A DNA stretch of 64,000 nt from an uncultured Candidatus Saccharibacteria bacterium (GCA_964527185.1 CAZGOI010000002.1:133532-197531); one strand, 5' to 3'; shown: positions 19,075 to 29,900, counted from the first letter of the stretch. Notes: generated by a model from the letters alone, not told the origin. Made by a program: numbers and translations.

Positions 19075-19602
19075 TTACGCAGTTTTCAATTTTTTTAGTT
19101 CTAAGTTCGGAATGTTTTTTACGGCATAAACAAGAGATGGAAGTATTATTGCCTTACCACCACCCTTCACCGGCAATTTTTTGTATCCCTCATTTAGATC
19201 GCTAATTTGACGGAATGAAAATGATCCATTTATACAATTGGCAGCGGATTCAAGTGGGATAAATAAGGCCAAAAAAAATAAATCGCTTACCTCATATATA
19301 ATGGAGTTAACAATCTTATTTTGGTCAAATTGTTCGCCGAGATACTTCGTTACAGTCTTTTTCTGTAGGTTTGTTAAGCTGTAACGGCCGTAAGGGGTTT
19401 TTATCTGAGGCAATTTAAACACCAGTGAACCGTATTTCAAACTCTTTTTAATTTCGAGCATGACTCTTTGTTTAGATTCATCAAAAATAACGAGAGCAGA
19501 AACGGTTTTACGATTTCCTGTTGTTGGTAAGTTCCTCGAATCTTTTTTTTGTTGTTTGGCAAGGTCATTGCCATTCGAATAATAAACTAGTTTTTTTGAC
19601 AT
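19075..19602 (-). CDS. Hypothetical protein (orphan, Lys-rich)
   Basis: 175-aa ATG ORF with no recognisable motif. Confidence 0.55.
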   Translation of the reverse strand: MSKKLVYYSNGNDLAKQQKKDSRNLPTTGNRKTVSALVIFDESKQRVMLEIKKSLKYGSLVFKLPQIKTPYGRYSLTNLQKKTVTKYLGEQFDQNKIVNSIIYEVSDLFFLALFIPLESAANCINGSFSFRQISDLNEGYKKLPVKGGGKAIILPSLVYAVKNIPNLELKKLKTA

Positions 19603-19665
19603 AAAAACTGGGTTTTGATTTTAAAATTTTTTTCCCAGTTTATCACGATATACGATATTTATCAA

Positions 19666-20601
19666 TCACCAACTGCCAGATGCACCTCCACCCCCAGAAC
19701 CTCCGCCACCAAACCCTCCAAAACCACTCCCACCGCCAAATCCTCCACCGCCTATCCACCAAGGGTGGCCTATGCCGAGCGATTTATTTTTTTGATATTT
19801 TTTAGAAACTAGATAATCAAATAAAAGCCCGAATCCAATAAGGCCGAAAAATATTATTATGTTTATAAAAAGAATAGACGATATAAATAAGAAAATCATA
19901 TTAAGCCCGCCGACTATTCCACCGAGCACTCCGCCGGCCCACCAAGATTTTGAACGCGCTAGTATTGCAGCCATCCATTGCAAGATCATAAGTCCGAAAA
20001 ATATAAAAAACATAAATGAATTTCCGCTACCGCTACTTCCATTTGATGCAGAATTATAATTTTCGGCTTGAGATGGGTCTCTGACTACCTGTTCGATAGC
20101 ATTTACTCCATCAGTAATTCCACTAGCAAATTCCCCACTTTTAAATTTAGGTATTATGGAATTCTCTTCGATATTGTGCGCGACGATATCAGTCAGTGTT
20201 GGTTCAAGGCCATAGCCAACATGAATACGGACCGAGTGATCGTCTTTTGATACAAGCAGCAATGCACCATTGTCTTGACCCTTCTTGCCGATACCCCACT
20301 TTGTAAATATTTCTTGCGCCACGTTTTCAACCGTGTCGCCACCCAGTGAATTTATAATAACAACAGCGATCTCGTCACTCGTTTCTTTCTGAAAATTTTC
20401 TAAATTTTGCTCGAGCATTTGTTTGTCGCTATTGCCAAGCAAAGATGCTTGGTCCAAAACATATCCATTTGGCCGGCTAGGCACATCAAAAGCCAAAACT
20501 AGATGTGCACCTAGTATAAAAGAAAATATCAATAAAACTCCAAAAAGAATCTTATTGAGTGAAATCAACCCTAGGGGTAGATTGTGCTTCTGTTGGTACA
20601 T
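19666..20601 (-). CDS. TPM domain (YgcG-like) membrane protein with Gly-rich tail
   Basis: VLDQA, EIAVV, WGIG..DNGALLLV, VGYGLE, GGFGGGGSGGGGASGSW; follows lemA; true start may be TTG at 20568. Confidence 0.92.
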   Translation of the reverse strand: MYQQKHNLPLGLISLNKILFGVLLIFSFILGAHLVLAFDVPSRPNGYVLDQASLLGNSDKQMLEQNLENFQKETSDEIAVVIINSLGGDTVENVAQEIFTKWGIGKKGQDNGALLLVSKDDHSVRIHVGYGLEPTLTDIVAHNIEENSIIPKFKSGEFASGITDGVNAIEQVVRDPSQAENYNSASNGSSGSGNSFMFFIFFGLMILQWMAAILARSKSWWAGGVLGGIVGGLNMIFLFISSILFINIIIFFGLIGFGLLFDYLVSKKYQKNKSLGIGHPWWIGGGGFGGGSGFGGFGGGGSGGGGASGSW

Positions 20602-21133
20602 TGAAATACTCTCTCGAGTGAATGCCTGCTAATTTAGCAATGATTGAATTTGGGAAATAATGCACCCGAGCATTTATCTGCTGGACGAGGTCGTTGTATT
20701 TACCTCGCTCAACTGCTAGTCGGTTTTCTGTACCTTCGATAGAGACCATTAAATCTTGAAAAGATTTTGAAGATTGGAGATCTGGATAATTTTCTGTTAT
20801 GACAAGAAGCCTAGCGAGAGCACCCTCGACTTCGGTAGCCGCTTGAGCTTTTTGGTCGGTAGTTACTGCGCCGGCATAATGACTACGGGCATTGGCGATC
20901 TGACCAAAAACATCGCGCTCTTGTTTTGTATTTCCTTTGACTGTTGCTACGAGGTTGGGAATCAGATCATAACGGCGCTGTAATTGGTTTTCAACCTGTG
21001 CCCATTGCTTGGTAACGTTCTCATTTAAATTAATAAAAGAATTGTATGAGGCAACTCCCCAGATGATTATGATCAATACCACTGCCAACGCTATCAACTT
21101 GCTTGCATTTTTTGATTTTGTGCTTGGTTCCAT
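20552..21133 (-). CDS. lemA: LemA family protein
   Basis: WAQVENQLQRRYDLIPNLV, ENYPDL, EGTENRLAVER. Confidence 0.95.
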   Translation of the reverse strand: MEPSTKSKNASKLIALAVVLIIIIWGVASYNSFINLNENVTKQWAQVENQLQRRYDLIPNLVATVKGNTKQERDVFGQIANARSHYAGAVTTDQKAQAATEVEGALARLLVITENYPDLQSSKSFQDLMVSIEGTENRLAVERGKYNDLVQQINARVHYFPNSIIAKLAGIHSREYFNVPTEAQSTPRVDFTQ

Positions 21134-21183
21134 ATTTTTTATGTTACTTATAATTTTTACACTAGTATTATAACATGAATAAT

Positions 21184-21831
21184 TTATCTAGTCACTAGGT
21201 GTGTTGGGTCGAAATGGCCATCTACGACTGGAATTATAGCTTCTTTTGGTATTTTGACGTACATATTGTATCCATCCTTGCGCCCTTCGAGGTTATATAC
21301 AATATCGGCTTTGTATTCTGTGTCATCGACTGTTAAATTTGCCGCTTCGTTTTTTATTAATTTTATATTCTCTATTACGACATCTCTGCCGCCAAGACGT
21401 GCGTAAGATTTTTCTACCGCTTGGTCTCCGCGATCATTAAAAAGCGCTATATACATTGAACCACCATGCGAATCACTACTGATATACATTGGAATAACTG
21501 CATCAACCCTCGGATCTTTCTTTTCATATGTTCCATTTATAAAAATTGTCTGTAAAAATTTATCATCAAGTGTTACCTGACCCATCTTTTTGTCATCTGT
21601 TATGTAATTACCAATTTTATTTTTTATACCAACAAGTTGATCCCTATCTGGGAGTGTGACAACGCTATTTAGAACCCTATCTCGACTCGTGTATATGTAA
21701 TTTGAGACTTTAGTCTGATTGCTTTTAAATTCATTAATCTTTGCAGACTCTTTTGCATAATCCGAGAAGACAAAAGAAAGTGCGATAACAAAGCAAATAA
21801 ATATAAATATATTTTTATATTTCTTATTCAT
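21184..21831 (-). CDS. Membrane-anchored hypothetical protein
   Basis: N-terminal TM/signal; SDSHGGSMYIALF...ARLGGRDV segment. Confidence 0.6.
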   Translation of the reverse strand: MNKKYKNIFIFICFVIALSFVFSDYAKESAKINEFKSNQTKVSNYIYTSRDRVLNSVVTLPDRDQLVGIKNKIGNYITDDKKMGQVTLDDKFLQTIFINGTYEKKDPRVDAVIPMYISSDSHGGSMYIALFNDRGDQAVEKSYARLGGRDVVIENIKLIKNEAANLTVDDTEYKADIVYNLEGRKDGYNMYVKIPKEAIIPVVDGHFDPTHLVTR

Positions 21832-21964
21832 TGGTTGATTTTACCATTTTAAATCGTAGAAGCCAAAAAAGACTTGCAAAATAAAGCTTTTTTATTTGAC
21901 AATACTATACCAAGTGTGCTATAATCTAGGCTCACCAAATGTTCTTTATATGGATATAAAAAAG

Positions 21965-22189
21965 ATGAACAAAAGATACAAATTAAAACTAATTATTAGT
22001 TTGTTAATTTTTATCTTGATTTTCTCAATTGTTACATTTCTAATTTTCAAAAACTGGCAGAGCATCAAAAACGACCCGAAATCAAAAATATTTTTGGGTA
22101 TGTATTATATATCCTGCGGGATATATATCGGCTTGATGCTCGGTTTGAAGATCGGATATTTGAAAACAATTAATAAAGAGAAAATTTAG
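21965..22189 (+). CDS. Small two-TM orphan membrane protein
   Basis: TTGACA (21896) / TGcTATAAT (21917-21925) promoter upstream; start ATG 21950 or 21965; hairpin terminator at about 22206-22243. Confidence 0.55.
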   Translation: MNKRYKLKLIISLLIFILIFSIVTFLIFKNWQSIKNDPKSKIFLGMYYISCGIYIGLMLGLKIGYLKTINKEKI

Positions 22190-22247
22190 TTTCCAAATCC
22201 TACGAAAAGCGACCACATACCTAATCCGTACTGGGTCGCTTTTACTT

Positions 22248-22511
22248 TTATTTTATCGCACCCTCTTTTTTAAGCAGCAAAGTCTTTACATTGCTTCCTC
22301 CCCTATTGTAGCCACCAACCCTTCCATCGCTGCGCACAACTCTATGGCAAGGAACGCTTTTATCGTAATTGTATTTCATAATCATACCGACAGCCCTTGC
22401 CGCGCCAGCATGCCCTGCTCGCATTGCCACCTGTTTATATGTCAGGGTCTTCCCTCTTGGGATTTTTCTAACTACTTCTTTAACTTTTTCTTTAAAGCTT
22501 TTTGTTATCAC
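22248..22511 (-). CDS. O6-methylguanine-DNA methyltransferase family protein (single domain)
   Basis: IPRGKTLTY, ARAVG, active-site PCHRVV. Confidence 0.9.
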   Translation of the reverse strand: MITKSFKEKVKEVVRKIPRGKTLTYKQVAMRAGHAGAARAVGMIMKYNYDKSVPCHRVVRSDGRVGGYNRGGSNVKTLLLKKEGAIK

Positions 22512-22544
22512 AATTTTAATTATATACTAACAATTTCTTTCTTT

Positions 22545-22576
22545 AAACAAGACCCACATTTCTGTGGGTCTTGTTT
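22545..22576 (-). terminator. Intrinsic terminator after the SWIB gene
   Basis: AAACAAGACCCACA-tttc-TGTGGGTCTTGTTT, 14-bp stem. Confidence 0.85.
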
Positions 22577-22582
22577 TCTAGA

Positions 22583-22837
22583 TTACGATAGGTGTTTAGA
22601 TACGAGCTTGGTCATTTCAAACATATTGACTACGCCCTTACCACCAAAAACTTTCTTTAAATTCTCATCGGCGTTGATGTTACGTTTATTCTTTGCGTCC
22701 TGAAGACCATTTTTCTTTATATATACCCATAGACCCTTAACAACTTCTGAACGAGGCATTGGACCCTTGCCCACAACCACTGCAAGATCTGCACTGATAT
22801 TCATAGGCTTCATAAATGCGGATGTTTTTGCTGCCAT
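22583..22837 (-). CDS. Stand-alone SWIB/MDM2 domain protein
   Basis: SADLAVVVG..PMPRSEVVKGLWVYIKKNGLQD...INADENL...MFEMTKLVSKHL. Confidence 0.92.
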   Translation of the reverse strand: MAAKTSAFMKPMNISADLAVVVGKGPMPRSEVVKGLWVYIKKNGLQDAKNKRNINADENLKKVFGGKGVVNMFEMTKLVSKHLS

Positions 22838-22944
22838 ATTGATAGTCTCGAAATATCGAGTAAATAAAATTCTTACTATTAATACTCTAATTGTACCACA
22901 TGCGACCTATATGTGTAAACAAATGATGTGTAAACAACCCCACA

Positions 22945-23511
22945 TTAGTATTTTCTGATGACGGCAATAACTTTGGCATTTATATGAAGATATTGTTTGG
23001 GATAGATAGGTTCAAAGTCTTTGTTTGCGGGTTCGAGCCATAATTTGTCGCCGTCTTTTTTAAAATATTTCATAGTGAATTCCCCATCGACATTTGCAAT
23101 GACGATATCGCCATCTTTGGCTTGCTCGGTTTTTTCGACAAGCACCATGTCGCCATCTTTTATATGGGCATCGATCATGGAGTTACCATCAACTTCTAGC
23201 ATGAAAGTATCTTCCTTTTTGTTGACCAAGTAGTTATCTAAATTTATGGCCTCTTTTAATTCTTCATCGACATCAACAGGAAAGCCGGCAGTCACCGAAC
23301 CGAGAAGCGGGATATCGCTGAATAAAACACTTGGCAATAATCTACCCAGATGATCTTTGGTTACGAGCCTTGTCTCTATAAATTTCTCGACGAGTCTTGC
23401 CACGGCGTTTTTTGATTTAAAGCCGAAAAGGCGCATCATCTCGGTATATGTCGGCATGCGCTTTTCCCTATTGTAGAAATTAAGAAGTTTGTCTTTATAT
23501 TCTTTAGTCAT
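22945..23511 (-). CDS. lexA: SOS repressor LexA
   Basis: N-terminal wHTH (PTYTEM..FGFKS), Ala-Gly cleavage site VTAGFP, catalytic Ser (GNSM) and Lys (FTMK). Confidence 0.88.
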   Translation of the reverse strand: MTKEYKDKLLNFYNREKRMPTYTEMMRLFGFKSKNAVARLVEKFIETRLVTKDHLGRLLPSVLFSDIPLLGSVTAGFPVDVDEELKEAINLDNYLVNKKEDTFMLEVDGNSMIDAHIKDGDMVLVEKTEQAKDGDIVIANVDGEFTMKYFKKDGDKLWLEPANKDFEPIYPKQYLHINAKVIAVIRKY

Positions 23512-23514
23512 ATC

Positions 23515-23709
23515 TTAAAATTGCGGAAGAAGCGAAAAAAATTTATTAAACATACTTCTGCGAGAATGCTGGCGGACCTTGTGAACGAGCATCTTGTGGA
23601 TGCGAGCCTCGCGCCTGTATTCCTCACCGCTCAGAATCTTCATATCGATTTTCTTGTTTATCTCGTGAAGTTCGCACTCTATTATTTTTAAATATTGCTC
23701 CCTACTCAT
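23515..23709 (-). CDS. Small hypothetical protein co-transcribed upstream of lexA
   Basis: 64 aa from ATG 23709 (6 nt after the -10); ends 3 nt before the lexA ATG. Confidence 0.7.
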   Translation of the reverse strand: MSREQYLKIIECELHEINKKIDMKILSGEEYRREARIHKMLVHKVRQHSRRSMFNKFFSLLPQF

Positions 23710-23715
23710 ACCCAT

Positions 23716-23762
23716 ATTGTATGTGAACGGTCGTTCACAGTCAAGCGGAGAACTGTGGATAA
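23716..23762 (-). promoter_or_regulatory. Promoter with LexA-box-like palindrome and upstream DnaA box
   Basis: TTGACT (23744-23739), 17 bp, TACAAT (23721-23716); spacer filled by TGTGAACG-gt-CGTTCACA; TTATCCACA at 23762-23754. Confidence 0.85.
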
Positions 23763-23774
23763 CTAAATCAGTCA

Positions 23775-24728
23775 TTAAATAGAAGCCTTCTTTGGGTTTT
23801 TAGTAAATTTATACCACCACCATTTTAATCTACACCAATTATCACAATAAGCTTGCCCATATGGCGGGTGCTCGATCGCATTTTTGTTTAGGCATTTTTC
23901 GCAACAGATAAAATGGTCGTGACACATCAGGTTCGCGCAGTTCACATAGTGCTCGCTCGGAGTCCCGCATTTACTGCAGTGGCCGATGATCTCGTGTTTT
24001 AAAGGATCATTGAAATTCATGGTAATGCGCTTGTCGAAAACATAAAGTGAACCCTTGAAATCTTGACCGGGGTATTTTTCCATATAGCTGACTATGCCCC
24101 CGTCGAGCTGATAGACATCGGTAAAACCTTCGCGGACGAGCAACCCAGATGCCTTCTCGCACCTAACACCGCCAGTGCAAACGGTCAGAACAGTTTTATC
24201 TTTTAAATCTTCTAATTTTTTAATATTCTCTTTTAAGTCTCTAAAATTATTTAATTCTGGGAAAATCGTGCCTTCAAATTTGCCAACTCGAAGCTCGTAG
24301 TCGTTGCGCATATCGACGACGTGAAATTTCTTGCCCTCCTCGTACCATTTGCGCAGATCTTCTGGCTTTAGATGTGTGCCAGTAATTTCATTTGGATTTA
24401 TATCTTTTTCTTTATCAAGATGAAGCGAAACAATTTCATTGCGAACCTTGACCGACAATCTTGGAAAAGCCGTACCATCGCTTGTGCCATTACTTATCTT
24501 CCAATCTATGTCGGCAAAACGCTCGTCGCCCCCCATGATGCTCATGTATTTTTGACATGACTCTATTGTGCCTTCAAATGTCGCGTTTATTCCTTCACTT
24601 GCAACTATCATGCGACCCTTGAGGCCGAGTTTTTGACAGAGCGCAAACTGCTCGTCGCGCAATTGCTTCGGCTTATCTATATGTGTGTATTTATAGAAAA
24701 GGATGACATTCCACTTTGTATTTTCCAT
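23775..24728 (-). CDS. trhO: Rhodanese-domain tRNA uridine(34) hydroxylase (UPF0176)
   Basis: LFYKY, GRMIVASEGINAT, DMRNDYE, CTGGVRCEKAS, QLDGGI, YVFDKR; start moved to MENTK (24728). Confidence 0.88.
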   Translation of the reverse strand: MENTKWNVILFYKYTHIDKPKQLRDEQFALCQKLGLKGRMIVASEGINATFEGTIESCQKYMSIMGGDERFADIDWKISNGTSDGTAFPRLSVKVRNEIVSLHLDKEKDINPNEITGTHLKPEDLRKWYEEGKKFHVVDMRNDYELRVGKFEGTIFPELNNFRDLKENIKKLEDLKDKTVLTVCTGGVRCEKASGLLVREGFTDVYQLDGGIVSYMEKYPGQDFKGSLYVFDKRITMNFNDPLKHEIIGHCSKCGTPSEHYVNCANLMCHDHFICCEKCLNKNAIEHPPYGQAYCDNWCRLKWWWYKFTKNPKKASI

Positions 24729-24816
24729 TTTGTTAATATAACTTATTTTTGAAAATGTTTTACATTGACTAATATGAAAATATATGATATAAAGTGCTAA
24801 ACAAAATTTTGTTCTC

Positions 24817-25215
24817 ATGAAAAAACAAAAAATAAATAATATCATCAGAAACTCAATACTGGTTTTACTGATTGCTGCTATGGTTTTTACATGGCTCTAT
24901 GTGTTCTTCGGAATGCTCGAAGCAACACATGAAGAAAATGTTTTTGCTACAATGTGCATAATTTTTCTGCACATCTTAGCTCTGACAATTATTCTCATGA
25001 CCAAAGAGTTTTTACTAAAAAAACCCATATGTGTCATTGGAATAATTTCAACAAAATTTATTATTCTAACTCTGGTCGGAGGTCTACATCTTCACGGTCT
25101 CATCCACACAATCATAGTGTTATTAAGATTACTTAGCACAATTTCATTTTATATAATGTGCTTTATGGTTGCCACCGAAGAACTTGCAAGAGCAATAAAA
25201 CCAAAAAGATATTGA
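24817..25215 (+). CDS. Orphan four-TM membrane protein
   Basis: Hydrophobic ORF with TTGACT-17-TATAAA promoter and terminator. Confidence 0.55.
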   Translation: MKKQKINNIIRNSILVLLIAAMVFTWLYVFFGMLEATHEENVFATMCIIFLHILALTIILMTKEFLLKKPICVIGIISTKFIILTLVGGLHLHGLIHTIIVLLRLLSTISFYIMCFMVATEELARAIKPKRY

Positions 25216-25219
25216 GCAT

Positions 25220-25252
25220 AAAAAATACAAGGTCCGTACCCTTGTATTTTTT
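25220..25252. terminator. Bidirectional terminator at the end of the atp operon
   Basis: AAAAATACAAGG-tccgtac-CCTTGTATTTTT. Confidence 0.8.
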
Positions 25253-25696
25253 TTATTTCCTATACTTTCTATTTTTCCACTTGTCGGCGATTTTTACACG
25301 AGTGAGTGACCTCTCGAGTTCTGATGCAAAGTGCTCAAAATCTACTACTTCCCTATCTTCCATTTTCTTTTTGAGTTCCTCTGCTCTAGCTTTCGCTTCT
25401 ATTATTTTCTCTTCAGTAATTTCAGCAATAGTTTCGGCAAAGTCGGCAAGTATCACACACGTCGTTAAACCGTTCTCTTTTTTTATTTCTATAAACCCAC
25501 CAGAAACCGCCATCGGTATATGCTCGCCACTTTTTTGCGCCACGATATCTCCTGATGAGAGTTCGGCAACAAGCGGAACATGATCACAAAGAACAGTGAT
25601 CTCCCCTTCGGTGGTCGGAATAGTTACCGAATCAACCATCTCTTCTAAGATAAGCCTCTCTGGGGTAACAATTTTTAATTTTAGACTCTTTGACAT
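25253..25696 (-). CDS. atpC: ATP synthase F1 epsilon
   Basis: LKIVTPE, GEITVL..HVPL, AVSGGFIE; operon position. Confidence 0.95.
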   Translation of the reverse strand: MSKSLKLKIVTPERLILEEMVDSVTIPTTEGEITVLCDHVPLVAELSSGDIVAQKSGEHIPMAVSGGFIEIKKENGLTTCVILADFAETIAEITEEKIIEAKARAEELKKKMEDREVVDFEHFASELERSLTRVKIADKWKNRKYRK

Positions 25697-25699
25697 ATT

Positions 25700-27058
<1,359 letters not shown>

Positions 27059-27079
27059 TTATAATAATATAATAATTTT

Positions 27080-27985
27080 TTAACTTATACTTGCCATACC
27101 GGCACTGATTTCTGATATTTCTTGGGTGATGCCTGCTTGGCGGGCCTTGTTGAATATGAGGGTCAACTCGCCTATCATCTCGCCGGCTGCTTCACTGGCA
27201 TTTTTCATCGCAATCATTCTTGAAGATTGCTCGGAAGCGCTCGATTCAAGGACCATCTGATAGATCTGCATCCGGACTAATTTCTCGGCAAGTGATTCGA
27301 CTAAACTTGCAGTATCACCATCAAAAACGTATGGGATTTTTGGTTGATTTTTAACTTCGAGGCTGTCTTTTGCTTCGCCGATACTTTCGATCATCTCTCT
27401 AACTTCAGTCTTTGAAATTGGCAAAAGTTTTTTAACGTTGGGTTTCTGGGTCAATGCTGAGACAAAATCTGTATAGACGATATAGACATTTGAATACGCA
27501 CCCTTTTTATATTCCTCGAGGGTTAGTTTGGAAAGCGGCAGGGCATCGGCAAGAGTGATATTATTGTCTGGAATATTTAAAAATGAAGCGATGATATTTT
27601 GCCCGAGTCTTCGCATGGCAGTGTCGCCCTTTTTGCCGACAGTTATGATATCGATAGCTCTGTCGCCTTCTTTTTTAAGCGCGATGATGACCCTCTTTAT
27701 GACTTGGGCGTTATAGGCGCCACATAGCCCACCATTTGCAGTTACAAGGACAAATAAATCTTTGTTAGTATTTTTTTCATTAAAAAACAGGTGCGAGACT
27801 TCATCGAGTCTGTCGGCAAGCGAAGTTAGAAGCTCCCAAGAATAGCTAGCGTACAGCCGCGAAGACAAGGCTCGCGAAACCGCCCGCTTCATCTTCGAAG
27901 CCGCCACGAGCTCCATCGCCTTCGTGATCTTCTTTGTGTTTTTGACACTCTTTATTCGCTGTTTTATCTCTTTTGTCGCCGCCAT
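27080..27985 (-). CDS. atpG: ATP synthase F1 gamma
   Basis: KITKAMELVAASK, GLCGAYN, RQAGITQEISEI. Confidence 0.98.
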   Translation of the reverse strand: MAATKEIKQRIKSVKNTKKITKAMELVAASKMKRAVSRALSSRLYASYSWELLTSLADRLDEVSHLFFNEKNTNKDLFVLVTANGGLCGAYNAQVIKRVIIALKKEGDRAIDIITVGKKGDTAMRRLGQNIIASFLNIPDNNITLADALPLSKLTLEEYKKGAYSNVYIVYTDFVSALTQKPNVKKLLPISKTEVREMIESIGEAKDSLEVKNQPKIPYVFDGDTASLVESLAEKLVRMQIYQMVLESSASEQSSRMIAMKNASEAAGEMIGELTLIFNKARQAGITQEISEISAGMASIS

Positions 27986-27990
27986 AAAAA

Positions 27991-29493
27991 TTATTTTACA
28001 AAGCTCATTTTAAAATTCTCAATTGCTTTTTTCAAATTTGCTTCACTTTCATCTGTCCACATTTTTTTCTCTGCAACTTCAGAATAGAAATCTTTCGCAT
28101 TTCTTTTAGCGTAATCGACCAAGCCTTCTTCAAATTCTTTAATTTTGGCAACAGGCACATCATCGACATACCCTTTGACGAGCGCATAGAGCGTGACAAC
28201 CTGGTCTATCGTTGCCACCGGGGCGTATTGAGGCTGTTTAAGAAGTTCGACAGCTCGTTTGCCACGTTCGAGCTGGCGCTTGGTAGATTCATCGAGATCA
28301 GAGCCGAATTGGGCAAAAGCTTCGAGTTCACGATATTGGGCTAGGTCGAGCTTGAGCGTGCCTGCGACTTTTTTCATTGCTTTTATCTGGGCATTACCGC
28401 CGACACGCGAGACAGAGAAGCCGACGTTGACCGCAGGGCGAATGCCTTTATAAAAAAGATCTGTTTCGAGGAATATCTGGCCGTCGGTGATCGAGATCAC
28501 ATTTGTCGGAATATATGCCGAAATATCTCCAGCTTGGGTTTCGATTATCGGCAAAGCAGTAATCGACCCGCCACCATAATCTTTATTGCGCCGGCAGGCG
28601 CGCTCGAGTAATCTTGAATGCAAATAAAATACATCTCCTGGGTAGGCTTCGCGGCCTGGTGGTCGGCGAAGAAGAAGAGAAATTTCTCGGTAGGCAACGG
28701 CGTGCTTTGAAAGGTCATCATAAATGATTAGCACATCTTTGCCTTGCTCCATGAAGTATTCTGCAATCGCCACGCCAGTATATGGGGCGATGTATGCAAG
28801 CGAAGCGGGTTCAGATGCGCCAGCCGAAACAATGATCGTGTATTCCATCGCCCCGCCTTCTTCTAGGCGAGTTTCTATTTTGCGAAGCTTCGAATCTTTT
28901 TGACCGATTGAAACATAGATACAGATCATATCTTGGCCTTTTTGGTTTAAGATTGTGTCGATGGCAATTGCGGTTTTGCCAGTCTGTCTGTCGCCGATGA
29001 TGAGCTCGCGCTGGCCGCGGCCGATCGGGATGAGAGCGTCAATTGCTTTGATGCCAGTCTGCATCGGTTGGTCGACAGATTGGCGGCTCATAACACCAGA
29101 GGCAACTTTCTCTATCGGGTTTCGTTTGTCTGTTTTTATGTCACCCTTGCCGTCGATCGGTTTGCCGATAGCATTTAAAACTCTACCGATTTGGGCGTCG
29201 CTAACAGGGACCGAGAGGATTTCGCCGGTTGCTTTAACTTCTTCGCCTTCTTTGATCTTTGTAAAATCGCCAAGCACGATGATACCAACAGAATCTTCTT
29301 CGAGGTTGAGCGCTACACCAGCCCCACCCGAGGCAAACGCGACCATCTCTGAAGCTTTCAGTTCTGAAAGACCGGAAACGCGGGCGATACCATCGAAAAC
29401 TTCGACAACATGGCCGACCTTCTCGGCCTTGATCGCTGTTTCGAATTTCTCGATCTGCTTTCTTAAATTTTCTACAATGTGATTTTGGCTCAT
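27991..29493 (-). CDS. atpA: ATP synthase F1 alpha
   Basis: [28 protein letters not shown]. Confidence 0.99.
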   Translation of the reverse strand: MSQNHIVENLRKQIEKFETAIKAEKVGHVVEVFDGIARVSGLSELKASEMVAFASGGAGVALNLEEDSVGIIVLGDFTKIKEGEEVKATGEILSVPVSDAQIGRVLNAIGKPIDGKGDIKTDKRNPIEKVASGVMSRQSVDQPMQTGIKAIDALIPIGRGQRELIIGDRQTGKTAIAIDTILNQKGQDMICIYVSIGQKDSKLRKIETRLEEGGAMEYTIIVSAGASEPASLAYIAPYTGVAIAEYFMEQGKDVLIIYDDLSKHAVAYREISLLLRRPPGREAYPGDVFYLHSRLLERACRRNKDYGGGSITALPIIETQAGDISAYIPTNVISITDGQIFLETDLFYKGIRPAVNVGFSVSRVGGNAQIKAMKKVAGTLKLDLAQYRELEAFAQFGSDLDESTKRQLERGKRAVELLKQPQYAPVATIDQVVTLYALVKGYVDDVPVAKIKEFEEGLVDYAKRNAKDFYSEVAEKKMWTDESEANLKKAIENFKMSFVK

Positions 29494-29494
29494 A

Positions 29495-29899
29495 CTAGTT
29501 TGTAATTAAATAATTTTGTAAACCTTTCAATTTGTTGGCAAGTGTCGTGTCTAGCACCTCGTCCCCCACTTCTATCTTGACCCCGCCCAAGAGCTCTTTG
29601 TCTTCTCTAAAATCAAGACTTACATCTTTTGCCTTATATCTTTTTTTTAATATCGTTTCGATCTCGTCTATCTTGTGGCGGTTTAATTTCCATTTCGAGC
29701 TAACCCGCGCTTTCACAACCCCATCTTTTCTGTCAATAATTTTTTCTAGTTCATCGGCTATCTGCGGAGTTTTTGAAAGCAAACCTCGGTGATAGATAAA
29801 CTCGACAGTGTTTTTTAAAAATTGGTCGAGCTCTTTGCCAGATTTATCTTTTCCGGATTCATAGATTGCAAATGCGAAATTTTTGAGCGAGATAGCCAT
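29495..29899 (-). CDS. atpH: ATP synthase delta (short form)
   Basis: [19 protein letters not shown]-terminal motif; operon position. Confidence 0.9.
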   Translation of the reverse strand: MAISLKNFAFAIYESGKDKSGKELDQFLKNTVEFIYHRGLLSKTPQIADELEKIIDRKDGVVKARVSSKWKLNRHKIDEIETILKKRYKAKDVSLDFREDKELLGGVKIEVGDEVLDTTLANKLKGLQNYLITN

Positions 29900-29900
29900 A

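Noticed and set aside
19666-19760. CCA/CCG-rich low-complexity repeat and the opposite-strand ORF 19615-19812
   Set aside because: It is the normal Gly-rich tail of TPM-domain proteins
23852-23868. Possible second palindromic insertion (CCCGCCATATGGGCAAG) near the trhO 3' end
   Set aside because: Short, imperfect and not a multiple of 3 as delimited; cannot be supported without ortholog alignment
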